Source of the DNA: Tubulanus polymorphus
Taxonomy: Eukaryota; Animalia; Nemertea
Direction: 5' to 3'
DNA length: 64,000 nt
NCBI RefSeq assembly: GCF_964204645.1
Contig: NC_134032.1
Span: 12,078,275-12,142,274, forward strand
The position numbers and the translations under genes are program-made. Shown here piece by piece: positions 53,501 through 64,000 of this stretch. The notes beneath the pieces were generated by a model. The model ran no database searches. It was not told the origin of the DNA and saw only the letters and a program-made list of their open reading frames with translations. Every line of letters begins with the position of its first letter. The first letter of the stretch is position 1.

Positions 53501-55272
53501 ATCCTCGCGCTCGTCCGCGCTTGTCCCTAACACGTCACAATCCTCTCAAATCACGCAGCAGATATTCCCTAGTCCCGACTTCCTGTCACCTGATCCCGCT
53601 TTTCTCGTTAAAAGATTGAGTGAGAAAATTCCACCTCGAACAAACAACACGCAAATCGAAATAATTTTTGTTACATCCTCTGGTATTCCATTTACATTTC
53701 ATTTCAAAAACATTACTTTAATTAGCCACGCAACAACAAAAGATTCAATATTTAACTCGGCCTAATCCTCTGTAGCTTTTTGCAAATATAGATATAAGTG
53801 GAGTTCGCCCAGTTGTCCGGAAACCAACAACAGAAAAGAACTACGCGAGTATAGTGACGTTATACGAATCGTTTCTTTCTTGTTTCAAAACTTTCTGAAA
53901 CTTGAGTCGAAACTTTTCCGTAATCACGTGCTTTTTCTTTCTGATGATAAATTGATAAACGCCTAATAAAGCACCTATTTCGTTGTGATCAATGTTCACC
54001 AGCGCATTGGCTGAGTTGTTACACGTCGTAAGATGATTTGAACAAGGGAAGTTTTAGGCGCCCGTTTGAAATCATCGAAATCGCGAATATTTTTCTGAGT
54101 TTATCACCCAAAGAGTTCCAGAGAGACACCCTTTCTGTCATTGTCGTACCTTCTTCAATTTAGAATGTAGGCCATCACTTGTATTTGGGCCTGCTTATGT
54201 TTGTTCAGCTTAAGATCGCTCATTTCATTCATAACTGATTTTGATTATTTGTTTATAGTCCATGCTGTTTTCACGCCGTTGAAGAAAACATTTTCTAAAT
54301 GATAATGAATAGTATTTTAGAGGTTTTCGCCGGAGAGGCGCGTGACAGTGCATCGAAATACAGGAGCACTCGATCGTCGATCATAGACATTAACACACGA
54401 AATAAAATCACACCCGTGACTAAGAAACTAACAGTTCTGATTTAACTCGTGAGAAATCATCTCAGATTCAGAATGGGTAAGATCGTTTTCGTCTGGTTAC
54501 GAGAGGAGGGTTTGACAGGGGATGATTTATTTCTCCGCCCGTCTATTCGTCTGCGCTGCATTTTTAAACATGGACCAAACGACAGGAAGTCGGACATCAA
54601 CAACACGCAAGCCCGACCAGACTAACGAATCCTAAACCAAATTGATGATAGATTAGAGAAACTTCGTTGACTGATTTCGATTTGTAATCGATCTAACAGC
54701 CACAGGTCGAGCTGGTCAACCGAACCAGACACAAATCACTGGGAGAATCCTTTACAAACTCGGTCTGAAGAGCAATTACATTCTTATAATATACTGTATC
54801 GTCGGTCCAGGCCTATTGGTTTCACTTGCACAAAAACCATTTAAATGCATACACGAACTGTGACCATAAGTGACCACTTTCAAAAACTAATTTAACTTAA
54901 ACAGTGGTTGAAACATTACTCGGACATTTTTTATGGTAATGAAATATTTCACTTTTCGCGGGAACAATATTTCTCCGAGGTACGCCGCGAATTCAAGGAC
55001 AGTTGGGGCAGAGATGTGTCACGATGGATTGGGGTAAGAAAATTTGCGATATATAATCCGGCGTACGTCATAATCCGAGGCAATCGACTCCGAGCTTAAA
55101 CAGAGTCTTTACTAAACTTCGAGAATCGAATATAGACCTATCAACACTTAATGAAAAAAAGACTCACGCTTCGTCTATCGATCAGGAGATTAAAAGATAC
55201 TAAAATCAATTCGATGAAGATAAATTAGATCAATTAAGAGACTAATGGCATTAATTAGAATAAAACATTTAC

Positions 55273-55356
55273 CTGATCCGAACCCGTATAATCGTCTGCT
55301 TCTCCTAGAGACGTATCATTCTGAAGCATGCCTCGAATACTGTCCATAAGATCCAT
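55273..55356 (-). CDS. Candidate first coding exon (MDLMDSIRGMLQNDTSLGEADDYTGSDQ)
   Basis: aaatATGg start, 28 codons, phase-0 donor CAG|gtaaat, acidic protein-like sequence. Confidence 0.4.
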
Positions 55357-56654
55357 ATTTATTCCTAACACGCGCGCCCGAGCGCTTTGAAACCGACGTG
55401 AACTAATTAACTTTCCAGTTTGAAGTTAATCCCTTTCTTGAGGATATAATCCGTCCCAGTTAATCTGTTTGTTACGGCGTTGAAGGCCACCCGTTTGAAG
55501 CGTTAGACTAGATCGCAGCGAGTCGAAGATGAATTAAGCTTTCTCGAAGTCAATTCTTTACCCGCAGTTATCTACTCGGAGTCCGTGGTAAAACACAGCA
55601 AGTTCGGCAAAATACACAAATCGTACAAAATTCGACCCAAGCGTAGAATCCAGTTTAGTAAAGCTCCGGGACGAATAAATCCTATAAAGTTTTATGATAA
55701 CCATAGACGGTTAACCTTTTTGCTGGGTTGAACCTCATGTTGATATTTCCTGAATCAAATTGATGCCCTCCTCGGTTTCAACTCGCGCGACATAGAAGTG
55801 TAGACAAGTAGCGATGAGAGATATATCTATACATGGTCATGTATTGTTCCGCTCTAGCCAATGGAAACCGGCTTTGACCCGTTTTGCTTGACTGAACATC
55901 GACGTATATAGTTCCAAGAAATTGTCCACCCGCACACGTATCGCTAAACCGACGTCATACGATACAGCAGTCCGGTATCCGATTTGCCAAGCAACACGTC
56001 AAATGCAGAATTAGAAAACCGCCTCAGAACTTTCATCCGGCAACAAAATCTTCCAGGTAATTGGTCATCTTTTTACGCAAAAAAAGATCCGACTTCAGAG
56101 AGTTCGATATAAAGTCCGTGCGCCGTCGTTGTTGGGCGATCATCAGACGCCATAAAACGATAAAAACTCGATTGTTTAGACGGAGTTGGCGTCCGTAATT
56201 GCGAATTAGACGGCGTGCTGGTGTCGCATAAACGGCACCACTGCGAATTGAGCGTACTCCTGAGAGATACGACTTATTTCGTTGAGATCCGGATCGGTGG
56301 CGCGCGCTCGGCGAAAAACTCGTCGAAATGATTATAATCGTCGCGCTTTAAACCGGAAAATCAAGTGAGAACCAGTTCTAATGAGGCTCAATACTCCGTG
56401 TTTGGAGAAAGTTTCATTTGCAGACGGTCGGGGACTTAACTATAGCGCGTGGTATCCTGCGTGTTTGCTAATTAACTCTGAACCCCCGAGGAGTTAACTC
56501 TCGTTACTCTTTACCTGCCTCAAACTAGCCACAAGCTGACCAAATAAGGAAATTTCGATACATGTTTCCGTAGGAATCATATCATCTTGACTATATGTTT
56601 ATAGGGTTGTACACGCCTGGTTTAGCTTTCACAGAGCAATCTGTCTTTCACATT

Positions 56655-56945
56655 GTTGAACTGAATTTAGAGTCCAAACAAAACTCACATAAATTAGAAT
56701 CAGGCCCTTAAGTTAAAGCTCACTCAACTCAATTGGGCCCAGGGTGATATTAAACCAACTCAACTGTGCGGGAACTGGATCCACAGTGAAATTAAACCAC
56801 CATAACTATGGAATTGAGTCCAGAATCAAATTAAACCCACACAACTGTGGAACTGGATCCACAGTAAAATTAAACCTGTACAACTGTAAAACTGGGTACA
56901 GAGTCAAATTAAACCACCCAATTGTAAACATGTGTGAACAGTCCA
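56655..56945 (-). repeat. ~39-bp family array
   Basis: Same unit as 42557-42872. Confidence 0.85.
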
Positions 56946-57436
56946 AGTGAAAGCCCAAATCTATATAATTATTGTCATAATAACACAGAATATTGAACCG
57001 AGCCTTGAACTGACGTGCAGTCTCATTAAGGAAATCTATAATTAGCCTATTGTACGTAATTTCAAAGAGTACACGCCTAAATAATTGATAATTTTACATT
57101 AAGTCGAAATGACACACGCCCAAAGATAAATGAATTCTCAGGACATCCATTATCTCAAGTTTCACAAGTTGATGTGGATACGTATAATTCAGTGAAAATG
57201 ATATCAATTAAAAATGTTACTCTTTAAAACTGGACTCGGTAGTTAGTTTCACAGATTCGAATTTCTATTTCTAATCACTGCGACGCCATCATTCTATAAG
57301 AATATTAATTCTATAAGAGTCCTGGTGTCGCTCTGCAACTGGTGGATAAATACCATTAGTCCACTTCAACCAACTGTTGAGCAACCTGTCCCGGGCCATC
57401 GAAATTCGGACTATATAGTGTCCCCGGACCCTCGTC

Positions 57437-57767
57437 CCCGCAGGGATTCGAACCTGATGGCATCGCTAAACCCACCCCACGGCACGTAACCCTGCTACAC
57501 TACAATAGACCGGGTGCGCAGGTACATGCGCAGGTTTATCGCGCAAAACTTGCGGCACCAAATCTGATTGCTCGTTGCATAATCGCCGAAATTTCAGGAA
57601 AGAACTATACATGGAAAAGCCCTGGCTAAAATGAAACGGGAAATCGGATTGGCCTATAATGACATCATCTAAGCTGCGCGGTGTAGCTGCAAACTCGGTC
57701 TAGTGTGGCAGGGTTCGTGCCGTGGCTGAGTCTAGCGATGCCATCAGGTTCGAATCCCTGCCAGGGG
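57437..57767. mobile_element. Inverted pair of tRNA-like SINE heads around a ~170-bp spacer
   Basis: 57437-57520 and 57688-57767 are inverted copies, each with tagtgt(a/g)gcagggtt and caggttcgaatccctg. A third copy lies on the minus strand at ~52690-52735. Confidence 0.65.
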
Positions 57768-58149
57768 GAGGATGACCCGCTCCCGCAACGCAGTTACGTA
57801 AGTGTGAGAGTAGAGAACGTGTGATGAATAATAGCCGCAGTAAGTCTCCAGTGAGGAATTCCTAAATCTCGACCAGTCGTCATCTTGCTGTCGCCTGCTC
57901 CGATCTGCAGAGATAATTACGCCAGTCAAATAACTCATTTCCGTTTGGTTTGATGAATTGCTGTTACCCGGCGATTCGGCCTCTGATACTCCCGCCCGTA
58001 GCCAAACGAATGCGGAATACATCAATCATTAACTTCAAATTTACCGACCATCAACGTAGCTCGGTTATTCTTGTTGGTGACGATGGCAGAAGTCAAACTT
58101 TTGAAAACACCTTTCTAAATTGTCGCGCATAGGCGTAAAAGTTACAATT

Positions 58150-58518
58150 CCGGAGCCTTTCTACGTATCTTTAGAAAGTTAATCCCCTTTCGGTTGCTTT
58201 TCTCGGAATACACATTATATACTCCTACAGATCCCTACGATCCACTAACACGATTTTACTAAATTCTGTCTCATTTTATACCCAATTTTACGGCCACCGC
58301 GCCTTTGCCTCAGCAGCTTCAATCTTATGGAATGCTTTACCTTTTAGAATAAGATCCTGCAGCGACGTAGTTACTTTTAAAACTGAGCCGAAAACTTTTC
58401 TTTTCAGGCAATATTTTAATTGACTGTTCTAATTTGTTTTTAAAGCCTTGTATATTTGTAAACCGCGCTGAAATGTATACGGAGCGCGGTATATAAGAAA
58501 TAGATATTATTATTATTA
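58150..58518 (+). mobile_element. 5'-truncated L2/CR1-clade LINE: ORF2 C-terminus, 3'UTR stem-loop and (TAT)n tail
   Basis: 58229-58423 translates as RSLRSTN...YGHRAFASAASILWNALPFRIRSCSDVVTFKTEPKTFLFRQYFN*, the typical L2/CR1 end. Stem accgcgct/agcgcggt at 58462-58490. (TAT)n at 58505-58517. Confidence 0.85.
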
Positions 58519-59582
58519 AGTACAGAACTTTACGCTTAAAACGTCGTGGAAGCATATAGTAAGGTCAAGGATTTCTCCCGAAGGACGGTTAAAAAAAGTC
58601 AGCCTCTGATGTAGTGACATCTTAGCTATATGAACAACGCACACGACGCTGGGAAACACGGAAACAGGACGCGGAAACATATTTCTCCGAGCGTTTTGTA
58701 TGATTTGATGTTTCGGAGTTTTGTCGATTCGAGTTCTGAGTCAGCCATGTTTTGTTCCGTGATTCTGTGTTTTCGTGCTTCCCTTCAGTCGTGCGCGTCG
58801 GGCTTAACATTCTGAATTCTAGCAAGACTTAACTTTAGATAGTAGCAGGCTGTGAATTTAGCCTATTTCCCTCTGTCGAAAAATTGTTTGGATAGGGCCT
58901 CAATTCTACTTCAAAGGCTGACTAAATCTGATTGATAGGTATTAGGGGTTCAGAAAAGCTGCTTGTTGGCCGAAGTTCTATTAAAACTAAGGAAGATAAT
59001 TAAGTTCAAGGTTATCTACGGCTGGTAGCCTACCCTAACCACCGGCCCCAACGGACGGCACTGGTGGCGATAAAGCATAACTGAGCAAGGCGTGAACTAT
59101 TCTCTCAATAGTTCAATAACAGGATGAAAATTAAGTTCAATGGTTAATTTACGCCAATTCGGTTCCCCACTGAGTAATGAGGAAGCATGATTGAACGAGG
59201 CGTGTTAGATAACTATTCAATACTCAATACGACGGCAAATAATGAATGTATTGATAAAGAAATATTTATTATATTGTCGGCAATCCGCTGGGAAATTCCG
59301 GAGACTCAGGAGAGACTCTCATCCCTCATATAAAGACTAATAGCTTTCGGGCAAGCGAGCACGCCAAGCCGAAATGAATTGTGTTTTAGCCAGGTAAATT
59401 GATGAGAAAATTATTGATTGGTACTGATATGATTGAAATAGCCTTACTTGCAAGATCGACTATTAAGGAATGTGGAAGTGCTTGTTGGTGGTCACTAATC
59501 CCCGGTTGCCAGTCCATCGCCGCGATTTTAATGACAGCCACAAAACCGTACCGTGGCGCCATCTCACCTCAAAAAAAGCAAG

Positions 59583-59654
59583 ATGGCAGCGCCCATGGCG
59601 AAAATTTGTCAATATTTCGGAGCTTTTAAATCTAGTTTTCTACGTACCTCGCAG
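59583..59654 (+). CDS. MRPS14: Mitochondrial ribosomal protein S14, coding exon 1 (MAAPMAKICQYFGAFKSSFLRTSQ, mitochondrial presequence-like)
   Basis: ATG in an aagATGGC context. 24 codons with no acidic residues. Phase-0 donor CAG|gtaatt joins in frame to exon 2. Confidence 0.85.
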
Positions 59655-60139
59655 GTAATTACTATTCAGCGGAACGATTTCCAGCGCATTACGTATTGGG
59701 GCATCTGAGATAGTTGATCTCATGGGCCCGAATAGACAAATCGGAGGAAGAATTTGATCTTAATTTGAACCAACAACGCCAACGGTTTTATTACCGGTCC
59801 TTCACTCTTCGACTTCTTCAGTTCAAATTACTTACTGACACAAGACGGCCCACTACTGACTGGCCATTGATTTTAATCGAATCATTGAACCGCCTCATTG
59901 CACTGGCTTATTGAATAAATGTTGGACGAGATGCTCCTATTCACTTAATGAGCCCTGGGGCTGTGCATGGTTTCAGTTCACCCAGCACAGTCGCTGTGAA
60001 TGTGATTTTGATAATCATAGATTTTCCCATTTTTCATCGAGAATACCCGATTTTGGAGAATTCAATTTTCAATTTTAAGAAGAATCTAGATTTATGAAGA
60101 TACTTCAATCATTTTTCTTCAATTTCTGATTATTTCCAG

Positions 60140-60364
60140 ACATGTATCACATCTGATACGCTGATGAACCGGGTGACGAGCGGCGCGACGTCGTCGACCG
60201 CGGGCGCCATGTTACAACCGGTATTCACTCGTAACACGTACGGTTGGGTGAACTGGCAAATGGTGAAAGACGTCAAAAAACGCGGCATGGTCGAGAAACA
60301 TTCGAAGACCCGCATGAGATTGAACGCCGTGAGAAAAAATAGTATTCTACCCCCGGAAATACGG
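60140..60364 (+). CDS. MRPS14: MRPS14 coding exon 2 (TCITSD...WVNWQMVKDVKKRGMVEKHSKTRMRLNAVRKNSILPPEIR)
   Basis: Acceptor tatttccag|, 225 nt, donor CGG|gtgcgt. Matches the uS14m motif V-D/N-W-x-M-x-R/K-DVKRR...RLNxxRKNxILP. Confidence 0.95.
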
Positions 60365-60563
60365 GTGCGTAAAAATTTTCGATTATAATATCCACTTGCA
60401 GGGCTGGAATAATCAGCAGCCTAGACCCTGTACCTTCCTGAGTCTGGACCTTGCACCCACTTTGGCCTAGATCTGACCCTGTGAGAAATTTTCGATCGGA
60501 AATAAACCACGAACATCAGACATTAGACATTTCATCAGCACACTTTCAAAAATTGATCAATAA

Positions 60564-60783
60564 GGCTAAACAAAAATGATACCTTGTTTCTCCGCAGCGG
60601 CCGGGTCATTTTTGTAAAATATGATAAAATTTATAAACAGTTCATTCCTATAGTGGCCGGGTCTGTTATGGTAAAATTGATCACGATTTTAAAAAGAGTA
60701 ATGTATAGGGTAGATAGGCGGCCGGCCGGGTCAAAATTTAAGCTTAGCAGAGCGGAGAAACAAGGTATCAATTTTGTTTAGCC
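60564..60783. mobile_element. MITE with 32-bp TIRs and TAA TSD in MRPS14 intron 2
   Basis: taa|ggctaaacaaaaatgataccttgtttctccgc ... gcggagaaacaaggtatcaattttgtttagcc|taa (1 mismatch). Older copies at ~10494-10670 and ~28600-28735. Confidence 0.9.
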
Positions 60784-61531
60784 TAACACTTCACATGTGT
60801 ACAGTTCTTCATCTCAGACATTTTTTATTCAAAATGAACTACATTAACAAACACCAGACATTAGACATTTTATCTGCACACTTTCAAGAACTGGTCGTCC
60901 ACATTAATAACATTTGTTCAGTACCCTTCATCTGAGACAGGTTTGATTAAGAATAATTTCAAAAAAATTAAATTGTCCATTTGCAGTCATTTGCTTTTTC
61001 ATTTCGTTCATATTGAATGTCTCAGTTGGAGTGCTGATTACAAATTTAATAAGATCAATTTTTTGGAATTGTGCCAATAGAGTGACTGTAAGATTCTGTA
61101 TTGTCTGTAGTTCATTTTCGATTAAAAATATCTCCGATGAAGTCCTGAATATTATATGTGACATGCGTGCATGTTCAGTTTTTGAAAATGCGCTCATAAA
61201 TACTCAGGGGATCGGCTTAGATCCTGCAATATTTTCCATCAACTACAGACAGGTTTAGTCTTTTTATATCCATACAAAGTAGTTGCTGGGATACTGGATG
61301 ATCCTAGCTACGATTCGCCCCCGAACTTCAAATACAAGCCCCTGTGGATATATGATTCATGTCTGTTTATAAATTATAAAGAATGGCTATGATGAAACGT
61401 GGAATGTTTGAGGGGGTTGCAAATTGATACCTGCATAATTTAAAACCCTGATTGGTACAGACTGAAATGATGAATTTTATTTCCTCTGATCTATTTCTTT
61501 CTCATTTGAACATCGTATCTCTTGTTTACAG

Positions 61532-61714
61532 GAAATCGCCGATCTGGAAATCGACGCGATGCCTCGCGATACGAATTTACATCGATGTCGCAACCGGTGC
61601 GTTTTAACGTCGCGTCGACGCGGTAACCTGCGTAAATGGAGGGTCAGCCGTATCGTGTGGCGCCACCTAGCGGACTATAATAAACTACCCGGAGTGCTGC
61701 GAGCGTGCTGGTGA
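61532..61714 (+). CDS. MRPS14: MRPS14 coding exon 3 ([60 protein letters not shown])
   Basis: Acceptor cttgtttacag|. Ribosomal S14 signature [12 protein letters not shown]...WRxSRIVxRHLAD...GVxRAxW. TGA at 61712-61714. Confidence 0.97.
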   Translation, partial: EIADLEIDAMPRDTNLHRCRNRCVLTSRRRGNLRKWRVSRIVWRHLADYNKLPGVLRACW

Positions 61715-61866
61715 ATGATGATGAGTTTCAGTATTCGGTTTTAACATTGGGATTGTTTTTCATGGGTCTTTGAACCGCGTGCATCCGGGTTCTTTCAAAA
61801 AATATAAGACCGAATGAAATTGTGAAGCTTGTGAAACTTGTTTTGTTTGTAAATTGTAAAAAGAAA

Positions 61867-61872
61867 ATTAAA
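61867..61872 (+). promoter_or_regulatory. Candidate polyadenylation signal (ATTAAA) of MRPS14
   Basis: First poly(A)-type hexamer seen after the stop, ~150 nt downstream, followed by GT-rich sequence. Confidence 0.4.
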
Positions 61873-63419
61873 GATAGAATTAGCGATAATGTGTTCGTCA
61901 GATTTCTTGGTTTTGCTCGTTTTATTCGCTACGGATACAATATTCGAAATGGTTTTCGTCCATCTCACGGTGGGGCTGGGAAGCCAAATCGTCGTGATTA
62001 AAAAAAACACCTTGGATTTACCATAAGACTTCAAGTAGGGGACGAATCTTTGTTGACAATTGAAAAATGAAATTTGTACGACAACACAAAACGATAGAAC
62101 ATGCTTGTCAAAACCAGCAACACATTAGACGCGTCATAATCACCGATATACTATCGAGCCTGATATTACATTTGATGCACCAATATCTGGTTCAGCGAGT
62201 AGAGACTGGTTGACGGCAAACTCCCGTCTTACGTAAGAAAGTAGCGGCGAGTTACTAGGGGGTGGGGAGGATTTTGAGAAAACACACCTACTAGCAAGTT
62301 CTACGTTTAAGTCCTCCCGTCGCATCTATTGGAAGAACAGGTTACAAAGACGACGTAGAAATTGCAGAGGAACCTTGTTAACCTGGTGTCGTAGAGACTG
62401 ATAGTACTTAACAAGCTTCATCTAAAGATACAAGCTTATGCTACAGTAATATGTAAAAGCATTACCAACTGTATTTTATTGTCTAAAACGTAGATAGGCA
62501 AAAAGTACTTTAGGTTAACTAGTTTTATCAAAGATACAAGCTTTCGCTACTATTGTATATTAGTTTACAGGTAAATGAGAAATAGACGGCGGATAAACCG
62601 AAAGACGAATCTTGCTCGGTGTCGGAGATATTAAGTGGAAGTTTTTTCTCTGAAGATATATCAATGATATGAAAAAATCGTGAAACTTTCATCGCTTATA
62701 GTTGGATTGTTTAGCGAACATTTACAATGGTTTAGCCGTCGAACCGCCTGCAGTGGATGAGCATGTCATACGCGTGTAGTTTGTTTGCATATATTCAATT
62801 GAATATTCACGGAATATTTTCCGTTTTCGTGTTGAAACCACGGTAATAATTTCTTTATAACTGCAACGACAATAAACACGATTGTGCTAATTGATTAGAT
62901 ACTTTTTTCTAAATGATTTTATCTATTATTCTTAAGCTACACGTGATGAATTATTGATACCCGTGAAATGTCAGTCTGGCATAATGAGATTTGTCAAAAC
63001 AGTCTCTCTTCATATCATTCAGTCTCTGATTCAACTTATCAGATATAGTTGTTTCCGGTGTTGCGCAGATTCAAAAAAGTTTGGTTTTGGCGAAAAATAT
63101 GAGACAGTTATATTTGTCGCCGTTTATTATTTGTGCGTTTTATTTTCGCTGGTTGACCGATATCGCCGCAGCTTTGAGTGTGACGAAAGTTTTTCAAAAT
63201 GGAGCTTCGCTGAGCATCGATTTGAAAAGTGAGTTTTTTGTCAATGACTGGGGTCCATTTCACTGCGCGACTTTTCCTCCATATCACATCGACATAACGC
63301 CGGATTCAATTGAAACACTCACCAAAAGTCGGAGGGTTATATCTTTTTTAGTTTAGTTTATTTCCGCAAGAAATTGTAACAAACTTCATATCTATAATGG
63401 ATGTTCCAATATATTCCAT

Positions 63420-63801
63420 AGGCGTCGCCAGGATTTTTTTAGGGGGGAGGGGGTTCGAATATCGGCAACTTGGCGAATCTAGTAAGGCAGCGAAGTTGCC
63501 TTTGACGAGAACGGAAGGTCCGAAGTCCCCACGGGGGGTTTGGGGTCCAACACCAAGACAATTTTGAAAATTAGGAGCGATTTAAAGCGTTTTCCCGCCA
63601 CCTTGAGTTATTACCTTGTGGAAAAAACACGAGAACCACGAAGAGAAACAAATTACAACTACCATTGCATGTTTGTTTTATTAAATATGTATATCTTCAC
63701 AAATAGTATTAAGCTGTTTACAAAACTATGTAGTAAAAAATGAAGAAACCTAGCCGAAAAAGGGGGCTCGTTCGCACCCCCGAACCCCCCTGGCGACGCC
63801 T
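63420..63801. mobile_element. Non-autonomous DNA transposon with aggcgtcgccagg TIRs (hAT-like termini)
   Basis: aggcgtcgccagg...ggggggagggggttcga at the left end, cgaacccccctggcgacgcct at the right. No clean TSD. Confidence 0.7.
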
Positions 63802-64000
63802 TTCCTCCCATTGCAGTATATGTTAACGGTCTGGTTGTGGTTAGTGTATTAGAATAGAAAATTACACCCGAAATATTTCAGTGTTTTAAAATCATTTCTT
63901 GTAGTTGTTGATCTTGTGTTTCCGTTTGTAGAAATTAATTCTGAAGTCGTAGTTTCGGAAAAAGGCGGATAATTTTTCTTGGTCCCATAACATTCGACTT

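Noticed and set aside
60928-61197. 89-aa antisense ORF in MRPS14 intron 2
   Set aside because: No recognisable family or splice signals. It may be a decayed fragment but cannot be supported.
61389-61451. C/D snoRNA-like ATGATGA...CTGA about 80 nt upstream of the MRPS14 exon 3 acceptor
   Set aside because: No terminal stem and no rRNA/snRNA complementarity I can recognise. A snoscan run would be needed.

Overview
This is animal (invertebrate-like) nuclear DNA: AT-rich, spliceosomal GT-AG introns, no obvious CpG depletion and no operons. Most of the short ORFs in the supplied track are noise. One gene is firmly identifiable: a 3-exon mitochondrial ribosomal protein S14 (MRPS14/uS14m) on the + strand at 59583-61714, encoding 159 aa. 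The first ~56 kb looks like the intron and regulatory territory of a large minus-strand gene running off the left edge. Its evidence is one well-formed exon (5947-6078), several weaker short exons and alternative first exons, and dense CACGTG E-box clusters; I cannot name the product. The rest is repeats: several non-autonomous DNA-transposon (MITE) families with clear TIRs and 3-bp TWA or CWG target duplications (PIF/Harbinger-like), an L2/CR1 LINE 3' end, tRNA-derived SINE-like heads, four minisatellite families (38, ~39, 76 and 91 bp units, three of them dispersed), a pure (GAGGGA)37 tract and several near-perfect hairpins. I see no CRISPR, phage, transposase ORF or demonstrably new biological system. 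The best leads are the unnamed multi-promoter/micro-exon gene, its E-box clusters and a pre-miRNA-like hairpin. All were found by eye and need RNA or comparative data.
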